Shown here: positions 52,941 through 64,000 of the stretch, in pieces
How the letters are laid out: every line of letters begins with the position of its first letter
How positions within the stretch are numbered: position 1 is the first letter of the stretch
Assembly (NCBI GenBank): GCA_023515725.1
Contig: JALDTO010000155.1
Coordinates: forward strand, 841,147 to 905,146
Reading direction: 5' to 3'
DNA: 64,000 nucleotides
Source of the DNA: Amoeboaphelidium protococcarum X5
Taxonomy: Eukaryota; Fungi; Aphelidiomycota
Program-made: the position numbers and the translations under genes
The notes under the pieces: generated by a model
The model's input: the letters and a program-made list of their open reading frames with translations, nothing else
Databases searched by the model: none
What the model was told of the DNA's origin: nothing

Positions 52941-53938
52941 CAAAAAAGTCGAAACGTTGCTTTAGAGCTCCACAGTACAATAAAGAGGTCTATAATCAGC
53001 TTTCATTATATAGCTGTAAGGTATTCGATCAATATGGCTGAATTTCTAGCATTATTGTTGTAGTGAAGTCCTTGACGCGAAGTCAACTATCGATCCGTTA
53101 TCTTCTGTACTAGTCAGAACATCGACTTTGATTAAATTTAAAAAAAAATTCCGAACATTTATTAAATTTTAAGCTACTAGCACCTCTTAGCAATATTCAA
53201 GCTGTTGACTTGTTATATAAAAAACCAACGCGAATCCAAGGTAGATCCCATGCCGTGCGGCAGCATCCACTCAAAACTTCACGTAACAACAGGCTCGGAA
53301 GAATCTAAAATAACAGAAATTTGACTATAAGCAATTGATAAGACGACGTTGAAAGTCATTTCGCTGTGGAATAGGATACGGAGATCGCATCTGAGGACTG
53401 AAAACAACTCAACGGCAGTAAACTGGTTGTCGATCCTCGAAAGGAGTGAGCTTTCTTATTTTAATTCAACATCATCTCATGCAATTCAATTTTAAAGTAG
53501 ACATCTACGCGTATAACAATTCATTTCATATTGAAACAATTGTATTGGCTCGACGATGAAGATTTAGAGATTTTAATCTAAGGTGCTATATTTGGGAAAC
53601 GTAAGTGATTGGGACGCTTTCCAGCCATTAAAGAACTGTACACCTTATTTATCACATGCAGCTGCTACTTATAAAACTCGTATCACGTCAATTGTAGTGC
53701 GAAACATTTTACACACAATAAGTATCTACTAAGTTCTATCTCTTGGCGTAACGTTGTGTGGCACCTTGTGTGTCCTGATTGGTGTCACAAAATTAAAGAT
53801 CTGTAACACTAATGCACCTTGGTACTTGAATGTGCTGCACGATGGATGTATGTCTTCTTTAATAGACAAATTGAAGCTTAATTGTTTATTGTACTATATT
53901 GCGGTTATTGTATTTGCAACCATTCTTATTGATTATTA

Positions 53939-55762
53939 ATGATGCTTATGAGTTAGAAACTTTCGTTACTCTGCTTATACTTTGCAATGGTACACGTAGA
54001 ATACAAGCTGGCAACTGATGCGCCAATTAAGTGCCGCCTGAGATCTGCTTCATTTATCAGCATATCATGTACTACTATCAGTGGGACTCCTCTGACTGTA
54101 AAAGAATTGTCTACAAGCTGTTCATCTGCTACTGCTTATCGCACTACGCTTCCTGTGGTCGTATCAACTCCTTGCGCAAGCTCTACGCTCATCACGGCCA
54201 CTACTGGACATGTCACTACTACTTTGCCAGTAACACGTACAACCGAATCGATCTCTGCTCCTCAGAGTAAAACCTCACTTGTATCTAATCCCTGCACTAC
54301 CTGTAATAATTTGTCATCCTCCACTACTCAGTAAACCTCTACTAAATCTCAGGTATAAAGTACGTCGTCCATCTTGACTTCTCGCTACAGTTAGACCTCT
54401 TCTACCTAAAGGTGCTCATCTTGTACATCCAGTTGTAGTTAGACTCGCTCCATGACATCCTCTGCTACGTCATCTATTATAACAACTACTGCGATGCCAT
54501 CGAAATCATCTACAATGTCCTCTACTGTAACAACCACAATGACATCCTCTAAGTATAGTACACCAACTCCTGCTCCTCCTCCACCACCAAGCGAAAGGCC
54601 GCCTAGTCCTACACCGCCAGGCCCACCACCTCCTGGCCCTCCTTCTCCCGGTCCTCCACCTCCTAGCGAAAGACCACCTAGTGAAAGACCTCCCAGTCCT
54701 ACACCGCCTGGTCCTTTGCCACCAAGCGAAAGACCGCCTGGCCCTCCACCTCCTGGTCCACCACCACCTAGTGAAAGACCTCCCAGTCCTACACCTCCTG
54801 GTCCTCCACCTCCTAGTTAAAGACCTCCTAGCGAAAGGCCGCCTAGTCCTTCACCGCCTGGCCCTCCACCACCAAGTGAAAGACCTCCCAGTCCTACACC
54901 TCCCGGTCCTCCTCCACCAAGCGAAAGACCACCAAGCGAACGACCTCCTAGTGAAAGGCCCCCAAGTGAAAGACCTCCTGGTCCTCCACCTCCTAGCTAA
55001 AGACCTCCAAGTCCTCCAATGCGTCCTTAACCTCCACCACCACCACCACCTTAAAGCCCTCCTCCACCTGATGGCTCGGAACCTCTTCCTCCTGCACCAA
55101 GACCTTTTCCGGGTACTCCAAATTCACCTACTCCAAAACCTCCATCTTTGAGAAGAAGATCAAAGTAAAATGGCAGAGGCAGAGGAGGTGGATGTGGAAG
55201 TGAGAGTCCACTTGTATTTGATATGAATAGGGATGGAGTTGTTTCTGCCTCGAAAAACACCGGTATCTCAACGGATCCCTCAAATCCAAATTAACAAGAT
55301 GGAGGTGCCGTAGGTGGCGATAAAATGCTTGCAATGTCCGATTTAAATGGCAATAGTGTGGTGGACATTCAAGAAGTGTTTGGTGATCATACACTGAGTC
55401 CATTTACTAAGAAGCCATACCACGCGGCTAATGGTTTTGACGCATTATACATGCTGGCTTTGGAAATGCAATCTATTCCAAAATGTAAATTCTAGTTAAT
55501 AAAGAAGGACCATAACAGTGTTCTGGTATCTTTAATTTTTATGAGAAAGTGTCTAAATCTGCATAATGTTTAGCTTGGGTTCATCAGTGATACTAACATC
55601 AGTATTCTAGAAGAACTGGGTGATGTTGATCAAGTTGATGTGACTGATTATGTCAATACTCCCAATGATGTCAGGAGTGGAGTCCTTCATGGATAAAAGG
55701 GATATTTTTACTCTCACGATGGTAAACGGTGGAAAGTTGACGACGTATGGTTCAGAAAATGA
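53939..55762 (+). CDS. Secreted S/T- and Pro-rich protein with SPM-like domain, copy 5, 607 aa
   Basis: N-half near-identical to copy 4; C-half (LRRRSK...SESPLVFDMNRDG) near-identical to copy 2. Confidence 0.9.
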
Positions 55763-55875
55763 GACTCGTTAACCTGTAATAATTTTGTTTTAAATTGGAT
55801 ATTAGTATCAAATTTATAACCCTCTTGTTCTGCGACATAAAAGCGCCCACTACAGTTATATTAATTTCTAGCCAT

Positions 55876-57645
55876 TCATTTTATAGAATAGATAGATAAA
55901 AAACGTTTCCAGTATTCAATTGATCCAAAAGTGACATCGTCGCCGCATACATTTTGATGACTACCGAAAGTGTACAAACGCGCAAAATACTCGCGACTAT
56001 ATAGCATAGTCAACATTCCATTGCCAATTATCATCATGGCCCAGAAGAAGACATTGTGGCTACTGCCCTCCTTCTTACCTCTATTCAGATACGTGAATAA
56101 CAGTCCTGGTCCACCAAACATGAATGCAAGCACTGGGAAAAAGTATCCAGTGGCGCACGCTATAATGTACTCATGTATAACGGCCGAGATTTCAATGACC
56201 AACAATTAGCTGATAGTTTTCGCCGTGGATTTAGAATATCCTTTGGCCTCAAAATACAGCCAGATATCAATGTATATGTAATTATAAAGCCAGTCGTGAA
56301 CAGGTAGATTCCAAAGTCGATAAAACTCGCCAAATGAATGTGAATTCCACCAGGCCTTGTAAAATTCACGGTCGGCAAAGCGGGTGATCTCAGCCCAGGC
56401 ATTTAACCAAGAGTGAAGTAGACCAAAGAAGCCGAATACAAACACAACTACACCTGGTAGCATAGACTAGAACAAACTAGACACTAGATTATGTAAAGAA
56501 TCCGGATTACGACCAGTACCAGCAAATTGAGGAATGCAGTATTACTTAAAGATGACATACATGTACAGCATGATCAGACACACCTCTGCAAATCGGGAAG
56601 CCACAAAAGACCAGCGAACTCTGGTAGTCATTGGATAACTGGAGCGATAAAGCAGAGTAGGTACAAAGAGAAAGTACACATATGTAGCAAACGAATTCTG
56701 ATCTACTGCAGGGTGTTGATCGGCTATATCCGTAAGGTTAAGTGCAACATCGATCATTGATCTGACATAGGAGTGAACTTTCATTGAAAGGCGTGTAGCT
56801 TCCATCATTACAATGAATCCACTTGCTGGAGGCAACTAATGAGAAAGTGACTAATATCCGGCAAACATCATAATACTAACAGCCGTTGTCGCATAGGAAG
56901 CAATGAGCCATGAAGGAACGCCACCACCGTGTTACTTGACTGACTTTAATATCACGTACTTCCAAGCGTGGCAGGATAATGCATACAAAAACAGCACCAA
57001 CCAAGTCTTCACCACCACGTCAAATTTACCAAATGTATACGCGAATAGAGACAAATCAATGACTTGATCCAAACTGAAATCTTCCAACTTGTTCACTGTG
57101 GTATAAGTCTAAGCAATTACGGAAGCACTTAGAATAAATAGCAGAGCCACAAAGATATTGTAGACAGTCTAGAAGTCTTTAATCTCCAGCAGTTCTGTCA
57201 ATTTGGATTTGCGCGGCTTGAATACTTTGCTCTAAATAATTCTACGTTGAGGTTTGTAATCAGTGCTTTAAGCAGTCTTGCTTGATTAGCGGCGATGATG
57301 ATGATGATTACCGATTGTGGATGTACTTCCTTAATGGACTGCCTGCAACTGATCAATCTTCTAATCAACAACATCAAGACCATTCGTCACATCATCCAAG
57401 AACGACTTGACATTACTGACTTTCTGCCTCAGCTCCTAGACTTCAGACTTGATATCTTTGATATTCACTAAAGTTCTCTCATTCAGATGATCTCGTTTCA
57501 CCTGCGATTTGGGAGAGCCAATTGTCGTTTCAGATTCACTTCTTGTGTTGGGAGCCTATTGATGCACTACTCTCAATCGAAGCTGGGAGTCACTGGAATT
57601 CAAGTGATCTTTGAACTACGATGGCAATTTCACTTGCTCCATCAT
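55876..57645 (-). CDS. SOAT1: Sterol O-acyltransferase (ACAT/SOAT, MBOAT family), 589 aa
   Basis: KVFKPRKSKLTELL, MKVHSY, YFLFVPTLLYR, FADREFYKAWWN, SAVIHEY (catalytic His). Confidence 0.92.
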
Positions 57646-58062
57646 ATATTCTCAGTTTTATTGGGATGTTGATTTAATAATGACAATTATGACAAATATT
57701 GCAACCAGATATTCTCAACAAAAGAATGAAACATGTGGTTGCTCATTGTTTGATCTTGTTACTTGGCAAAGTTAAGAAATGGAAACGTTCTTCAACACTC
57801 AAATCAGAAACTTAATGCTACACTTAATTTGAATGTTTTGCTATAAAAAATACTCAAATGGATTTGTCTGGAAATGTTTCAGAGATGCTACAACTCGGGT
57901 AAGTGGGATTGTCCAAACTAGTTCTGGAGCGTGATTGATTGATTAAATCACTAACAGTCATCGCATCATTGCGCGTAACAATTCATAACAATGTTCTGAT
58001 ATCTACTCTAAAGTTATCATTATCTGCTAGATCCTTCATATTTGGCCAAGAATATTATCAAG

Positions 58063-58734
58063 ATGAGTGAGTAGGAATTGAGAAGATCACTACGTTTGCG
58101 CGAGATTCCGAGAGTTGATTATAATGAAGGCAGGCTAGCGAAACAGAAGATGCAGCCATAAAGAGTGAACCATAATCAGCCGTTAGCAACTAATTGCCAT
58201 ATCATCTAACCGTAACAGGAGAAGAAGAAAGAGCCAGTTCGTGATAAACACGAGTCTCCCAAAGTAAATGATGAACTGATTAATGGCTCGCAGAGATCTG
58301 ACGCGGTTCTAGAGCCTCCGGTACCTGTCAAGCAGGAGGAATAGTAAATAGATGCCCCTCTGCAGAAACGACGCAAATCTCGTAAAAAGAAAGGCAATTC
58401 TTCGGAGAGACATTAAGTTTGGGCTGTCTATAATCGTATGTTTCCACGCCTGCCAGAGAATAAGAGGAATCTAATTTACGACTGGTCTTTTGCTAAAGGG
58501 TCTGGTAGAATCGGGACCGTCTAACATATGCCCCTAGATAAGCGCGTTTTAATAGCTGTCCGCACCCATGCTCTTTACAACATGACTGATTTTAAGGCGA
58601 GATATCAGGAAGAGTTGAACGATTTGTATCGGGACGGATGGTACAGAGACTTTTACGATAAAGAAGATTTATACGAAGAAATCAAGGAGTAATGCGATCG
58701 TCAGGTTGATCGCATCATAGCAAAATGGCGCTGA
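58063..58734 (+). CDS. DUF2293-like protein, copy 1
   Basis: MFPRLP...SFAKGSGRIG...VLIAVRTHA...TDF...VDRIIAKWR matches the DUF2293 pattern as recalled. Confidence 0.7.
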
Positions 58735-59167
58735 GATTGAACATGGTATGTTGCTTTAATTGGTTCGATAGTAGTATGAATGTCATGAATGAATAGCGAT
58801 TGTAAATTTACGTGTTGAATTCTTCGCTTTGGAATAAATCTCTAAGGATGCGTTCTTGTGTACTACTTGAAACAGTTGACAGTAAAATGAGACCAATGCG
58901 GTGAACGATCTATAAGGTAAGAACTATATATTGCTTCCAATACATGTAAGAATTTAGTTGCGTGAGAAGAATGGCTCAATATGTCCATTCAACCTTTGCG
59001 AATGTGCATTTTCTGGCTGAACAAACTAGTTCTGACTCTGATTGATATAACACGACCAGTCATCGCATCAAAACGCGTAAGATTTCACACCATTCGCTGT
59101 ATTCTAGCCTTTTGCGTTTCTTAGTCCTTATAGTCAGTCAATTATAACAGCTGAGTATTTTGATAAG

Positions 59168-60040
59168 ATGAATGGGGAGATTGAGAGAAAATCATCTCGC
59201 CTACGTGAGATTCCAAAGGTGGAATACAATGAAACAAAATTGATCAAACAACAACAGGCTCAACTCGAGGCGGTGAAACAACAGGAGCACTCTAAGAAGA
59301 AGCGTTAAATCATCAAGAAGAAGGAGAAGAAGCAGAAAGATGATGGTGGCAATGATGGTGATGTTGAGGCGCCGCAGAGAAATGTAGTCAAGAAGAAAGG
59401 TACGCATTATTCTGGTGTGATATCTAAACTGCCGGTTCCCGCCAACTATGTCTATTTCAATCCAGGGGATCCGTACATGACGAGAAATGTGAAGAAGGAG
59501 ACTCTGGACTCTGGTAAGAACTTCTATGAAGAGATTGAATGGGAGCGTAATGGAATGTGGAAACGCACGGTGGCATATCATTGTCCTAAAAGCATTTACG
59601 AACAGGTCAAGTAGAAGAGAGATGCTACATAGGCTAAGCGACGCGCCGCTGTTCAAAAGAAGGAGGAGTCATAGAGAGCACATGTATGGGCCATCTTTGA
59701 TCGTATGTTCCCCCGTCTGCCAGAAGATAAGAGGGAGCAGATCTATGACTGGTCATTCGAAAAGCGGTCCGGTAGAATTGGGAACGTGTAACATTTGCCT
59801 TTAGATAAGAGGGTCTTGATCGCTGTTCGCACTCATGCTCTTCATAATATGACTGACTTTGAGGAGAGATATGAAGATGCGAAGGATGCTTTGTATGAAG
59901 AAACTGTTGGACAAGCACAGTATACTGGATTTCGCGATGAAGCTTACGAAGATTTCTACGCTGGAAAAGAAGAGTTGTATGAAGACATCAAGGATCAGTG
60001 TGATCTCGAAGTTGACCAAATTATAGCAAACTGGCGTTGA
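59168..60040 (+). CDS. DUF2293-like protein, copy 2 (tandem paralog)
   Basis: Same C-terminal domain as copy 1; shared N-terminal RLREIPxVxYNE; similar upstream sequence. Confidence 0.7.
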
Positions 60041-60276
60041 TAATGTGGATATTATTGATGCTAAATCCAAGTTGAATGCAGAATGAATGGAATGACTAAA
60101 TAGCAATAATGAATACACGCGTATAACTTTCAGCTTTTAGTTGTGAACAGCTTATCTCATTTCTCAGTCAGTGGAACTGTTAATGAATTGCAATACTCTT
60201 ACATCCTTACCAAAGATAACGTAAATGATTAGAGGGTGCAGAAAATGGATAAGGAATGATATAAACTCAAATTTAA

Positions 60277-62382
60277 TCAATCATCATCCGATAAGGTCAA
60301 GTCAATCACATCAGATTGATGCGCGAGTGAGTTCGTTGGTCCAGTGTCGCATAAATCAATAATACCATTAGCAGAGTACCGATTAGACTTGGCCTATTTA
60401 CGAGATGGTTCACCTGCAACAGCATTATCGTCGTTATCGGAGTCATCATCTGACGAGAGGCCTCTTTTAGAGTCGTCCACAATTTCATAATTTCCATACG
60501 CGTCAATCTGCACTACCACGTCATCTATCGATTTCTTATGCACATTCTCAATCTCATTCAGAATTTGGTAAGTATATTAACAGAAATACAATTAGTCAAC
60601 CAGAACATCAATCTTTGGTACAGCGAGACTAACAGAAGCGTATTACAGTTTAACAGCTGGATTGGATAGGGACTTGGAACATATAAGACAACTCCAAGTC
60701 TTACTATCATTATTGGCGTTCATTAGAAGCCATGTAGATAGATCGAAACATTACAGATGATTGCATTGACTTCCACGCACAGGATACTTGATATTGATTA
60801 GAGAAACTGGATCTTTCAGAGATAGAGTGACCATACTAAGTAGTTGTAGATCATCATCTTCGCCGTCACCTGATTACTTCTGGTCTGGATACGAGGTTTA
60901 ACTCTTGAAGAATACCTTCTTTGCCAAATCAACTGAGAGCCTGTTCAAATTTATAGAATCCAAATTAATGAACTCTCCATCACCAACAATCTATCTCAAT
61001 AGACACCCCGTAGTCAGTTTGACACCAATCCAAATATTGAAGAGCATAGTTTGATGCAGTTTATCAAAATTCAAATGACAATGGACCATGGCGTTCTTTG
61101 GATCTCGCTCCACCAACCTCAGAACATCTTCAGTGATATCAGCTGGTGTTCCTGATTTAATAGAAGCTTTAAAATCTCGTACGGCATTTTGATTAACGAA
61201 GAGCTCAGCATTTACAGGATAAGAGACGTTAACAAATGATTACTAGCCAGCAGACCACGCGTGCTACTCATTTAAGCTATGACAAGTGACGAGAAGTACA
61301 AATTTAACGTCAGCGTTGGCCTCCTTGGTGAGTAAGAGCAAATCTATGAAGCGACGATCCAAATTAAAACATCTCTTTAGAGGTCCTTTTTTACCAATGC
61401 CAAACTGCGCAGTGCCAACCACCTTCTCTTTCAAATGGATAAGTGGATTTCTTAAGAACCTGAAATTTATGGACGAACCTTACTATGGCATTTACCATTT
61501 ACCTTTTTACTATGATGACGCAACACTGTTATACAATGGACGGGAAGACTACTACTACTGTTATTACTATTACTGCGCTTATTATATTCTTTACGCGAGA
61601 TTATTATTTCCCTGAGTTGCGGGCCGTAATAGACCATTATTCATATTATTTTATCCAGCAGATGATGATGAATTATTATTGACCAACCGAGTAGAATTAG
61701 ATGACGGTCTCGATGATGCAGCTTACATTGGAGGCCTAAAAGGAGCAGCAGCCGGATTAAGTCTACTACTTTATAATACAGCCTAACCAATTTATGACGT
61801 AACAGTTGTAGCAACACGCGAATTAACTGAACTGGCCAGAGGCCTTTATTATGAAGATGCAGCAACTTATGACAAGGGAGGATTAATTACGTGTCGCGTC
61901 CCATTTTAAGCTGACGCAACTGATGATGACTGAGCGACTGGACGAGAACTGGCAGGCTAACTTTAAGGTGCAGTTGGATTCGTATTTTATACCGCAGTGG
62001 GCCTCTATTACGGCGCCCAATCCGGCGTAGAAGGTGGTTCATAATCTGACTGCTCACTATCAGTATCTGTGGCAGGAAAAAAAGGCCTATAAACCCCATT
62101 ACCCACCGTTTATCTCAATCTATCTAATTATCTCTTTTCTCTCTCTAGCTAAGCATTGAGCAGCTTTTAAACCAAATCCGCAATAGAATTATGAGCTAAG
62201 CAAGATTCGTAAGCCCTGATTGAAGGACTTCCATAATCTTGATATACATCATAGATTCTAAATGCCAATACCGTCTTCACGCCGGACCGCCTCTGTCCCA
62301 ATGACCGAAGAATTTCGCTAAGAGTGGCATTCTTTAAATTAGTCAAATCGCCCAGTGTCAATTTCCTCTCCACAATTTACAT
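60277..62382 (-). CDS. SIZ1: SIZ/PIAS SUMO E3 ligase (SAP + SP-RING + SIM)
   Basis: SAP LKNATLSEILRSLGQRRSGVKTVL; SP-RING SLKDPVS...CNHL(TAA=Q)CFD...WSCLIC; terminal SIM VIDLTLSDDD. The middle was not checked codon by codon. Confidence 0.85.
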
Positions 62383-62701
62383 CTGTTATTAATAAAGTCT
62401 AATTAATTAAGTCTAGATTAAAAGCGTTAATACAGCCAGATACGGGAAACGACCAACACTTATAAATATTAACGATGCTTAACACACTTTTCTCAAAGAC
62501 TACTGGCGTTGACGGGAGGAAAAATAATCTCCAGAAAGATGAAAGTCTCGCGTGACGCGTCTGATTCGTTTCAACTCGTCAGCAAAATTTCTATTCACAG
62601 TTCAGTGCCAAATTACAGTTTCTGCGCTTTCTATACTGACAGGCTGTTCTGTAAAGTTTCTCTTTTAACATATATTACTTAGTAGTGTTCAAGTCACAAA
62701 A

Positions 62702-63690
62702 ATGGAGGAAGCGCAGTTAAAATTGTCTTAAATACACATAACTAGTCCTGCTAGAACTAAAGGTTACAATCAGTCCAATGTGTCCACCCCAGATATTTTT
62801 GGTATGAAATCGAGCAAAACTCCATTGAAGCCCATGGATGTGGAAGAAGATGATGAGGGGCCTCCTAAAATGAGATCTTTGACGATGGTATCTGGCAGCG
62901 AAAAGAAAAGATCTTAACTGTCGAGTTAGAAAAAGAGTTAGAATGCTAAACCGCAATGGGATGGTTCATTTGCAAAGAAGATCAGTGATTCTACTCCAAA
63001 GCGGGTTACTACTGCTGATGTTCGTATGCGTAAACAGTCTACCTCCGTTGCGAATTTTTCAAACTAGCAATCATCTGTCAGAGTATCTCACTCTCCCAGA
63101 ACACCTCACGTCTCGTAGACCAATGCTAAGAAGTAAAAGAATATGGGCTAGCTAGCTCGTCCCGTCTTGGTATGTTATATATTTACTGTTAAACATTGTA
63201 AATATGCTAGTATTTGAATGTGCATGTGTAGTCTACCAAGTTTGCTCATGTTTCAGCACAGGTGACTCAGGATGGTTTCGCCGTTCCAAAGTTGCCAACA
63301 ACGCACCATCAGCCATCATTCGCGTCATCCAACAAGGAGAACGCCAATTCTGCTACTGCAGCTAGTTTAAATTCGTCTAAAGAATTGAAATTATAGTTGT
63401 AGAAGGGTAAGCTTTCTAAATTGTTATACCTAAGGTGCATTCATTTACTTTAGTGTCGTGTAGAGATTGCACTAAGGCAAGAGTTTGAACAGAAATATCT
63501 GCGCGAAAAGAAGGGCCGAATCAAGGCCGAGCTTGAATGTTCTAATCTTGAAGAGAAGGTGTTTCAATTGGAATCTAGACTGCGCACGCTTGGTGCAACT
63601 GACAACGCGTCTATTCTTAATAGTACACATCAGGTATCTGCTTCCGTAAATGGGACTGAATCTAAAATGGGGTCCGAGAAGACGGGTTGA
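62702..63690 (+). CDS. Hypothetical Ser/Lys-rich coiled-coil protein, probably two introns
   Basis: Open frame from ATG 62702; GT donors near 63170 and 63407; last exon has heptad-like LEEKVFQLESRLR. Confidence 0.5.
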
Positions 63691-63699
63691 ACGACTGAG

Positions 63700-63999
63700 T
63701 CAATAAATTTTTTGATCGCTCGCCTTCCTTGTCTCTTTTTGATCTTGATCTTTACTACCAACTTAATTTGACACCATTGCTAACAGATACAAAGCAAGAT
63801 GAGAAGTGATTTGAAGAATATCAAGAGACGTGAAAAGAGTATCAATTTTCTAAAGATTGTTATTATAAATCCGCCATTTTTATTCATGTAGAAAAATAGG
63901 TGGTTGTAAATAAGCTGACTGATAAATTGGACGATATGCTCTCGTCGATATTTGACACTAAAACTCATTAGGAAAATGACGTGCCCATGGATGGTAATT
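63700..63999 (-). CDS. 3' end of an unknown gene (5' partial)
   Basis: Open frame from the window edge to TGA 63702-63700 with TAR=Gln. Confidence 0.4.
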
Positions 64000-64000
64000 T

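Overview
Gene-dense, intron-poor eukaryotic nuclear DNA with fungal/opisthokont-type genes. It uses a non-standard code in which TAA/TAG encode Gln and TGA is the only stop (translation table 6), so the supplied standard-code ORF track fragments almost every gene. That code in a fungus-related genome best fits the aphelid algal parasitoid Amoeboaphelidium protococcarum (inference). Re-translated by hand, the window holds about 35 genes. Housekeeping genes include Akt, NAK and YANK kinases, RIB3, FUM1, DSK2, TSA1, SHMT, XRN1, OST1, COQ4, TRS33, SOAT and a SIZ/PIAS ligase. Four items stand out. (1) An intact 706-aa Fanzor (eukaryotic TnpB-family RNA-guided nuclease) at 34538-36658 is hidden by the recoded stops. 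(2) Five secreted Ser/Thr- and Pro-rich proteins end in a domain matching the bacterial FrpC-type Ca2+-dependent self-processing module, and their N- and C-halves are combinatorially shuffled between copies. (3) An intact 1392-aa DDE transposase carries a WRN-like 3'-5' exonuclease inserted inside its catalytic core. (4) A VWA/MIDAS single-pass receptor has an integrin-beta-like double NPxY tail. All family assignments come from motif recognition, not database searches.
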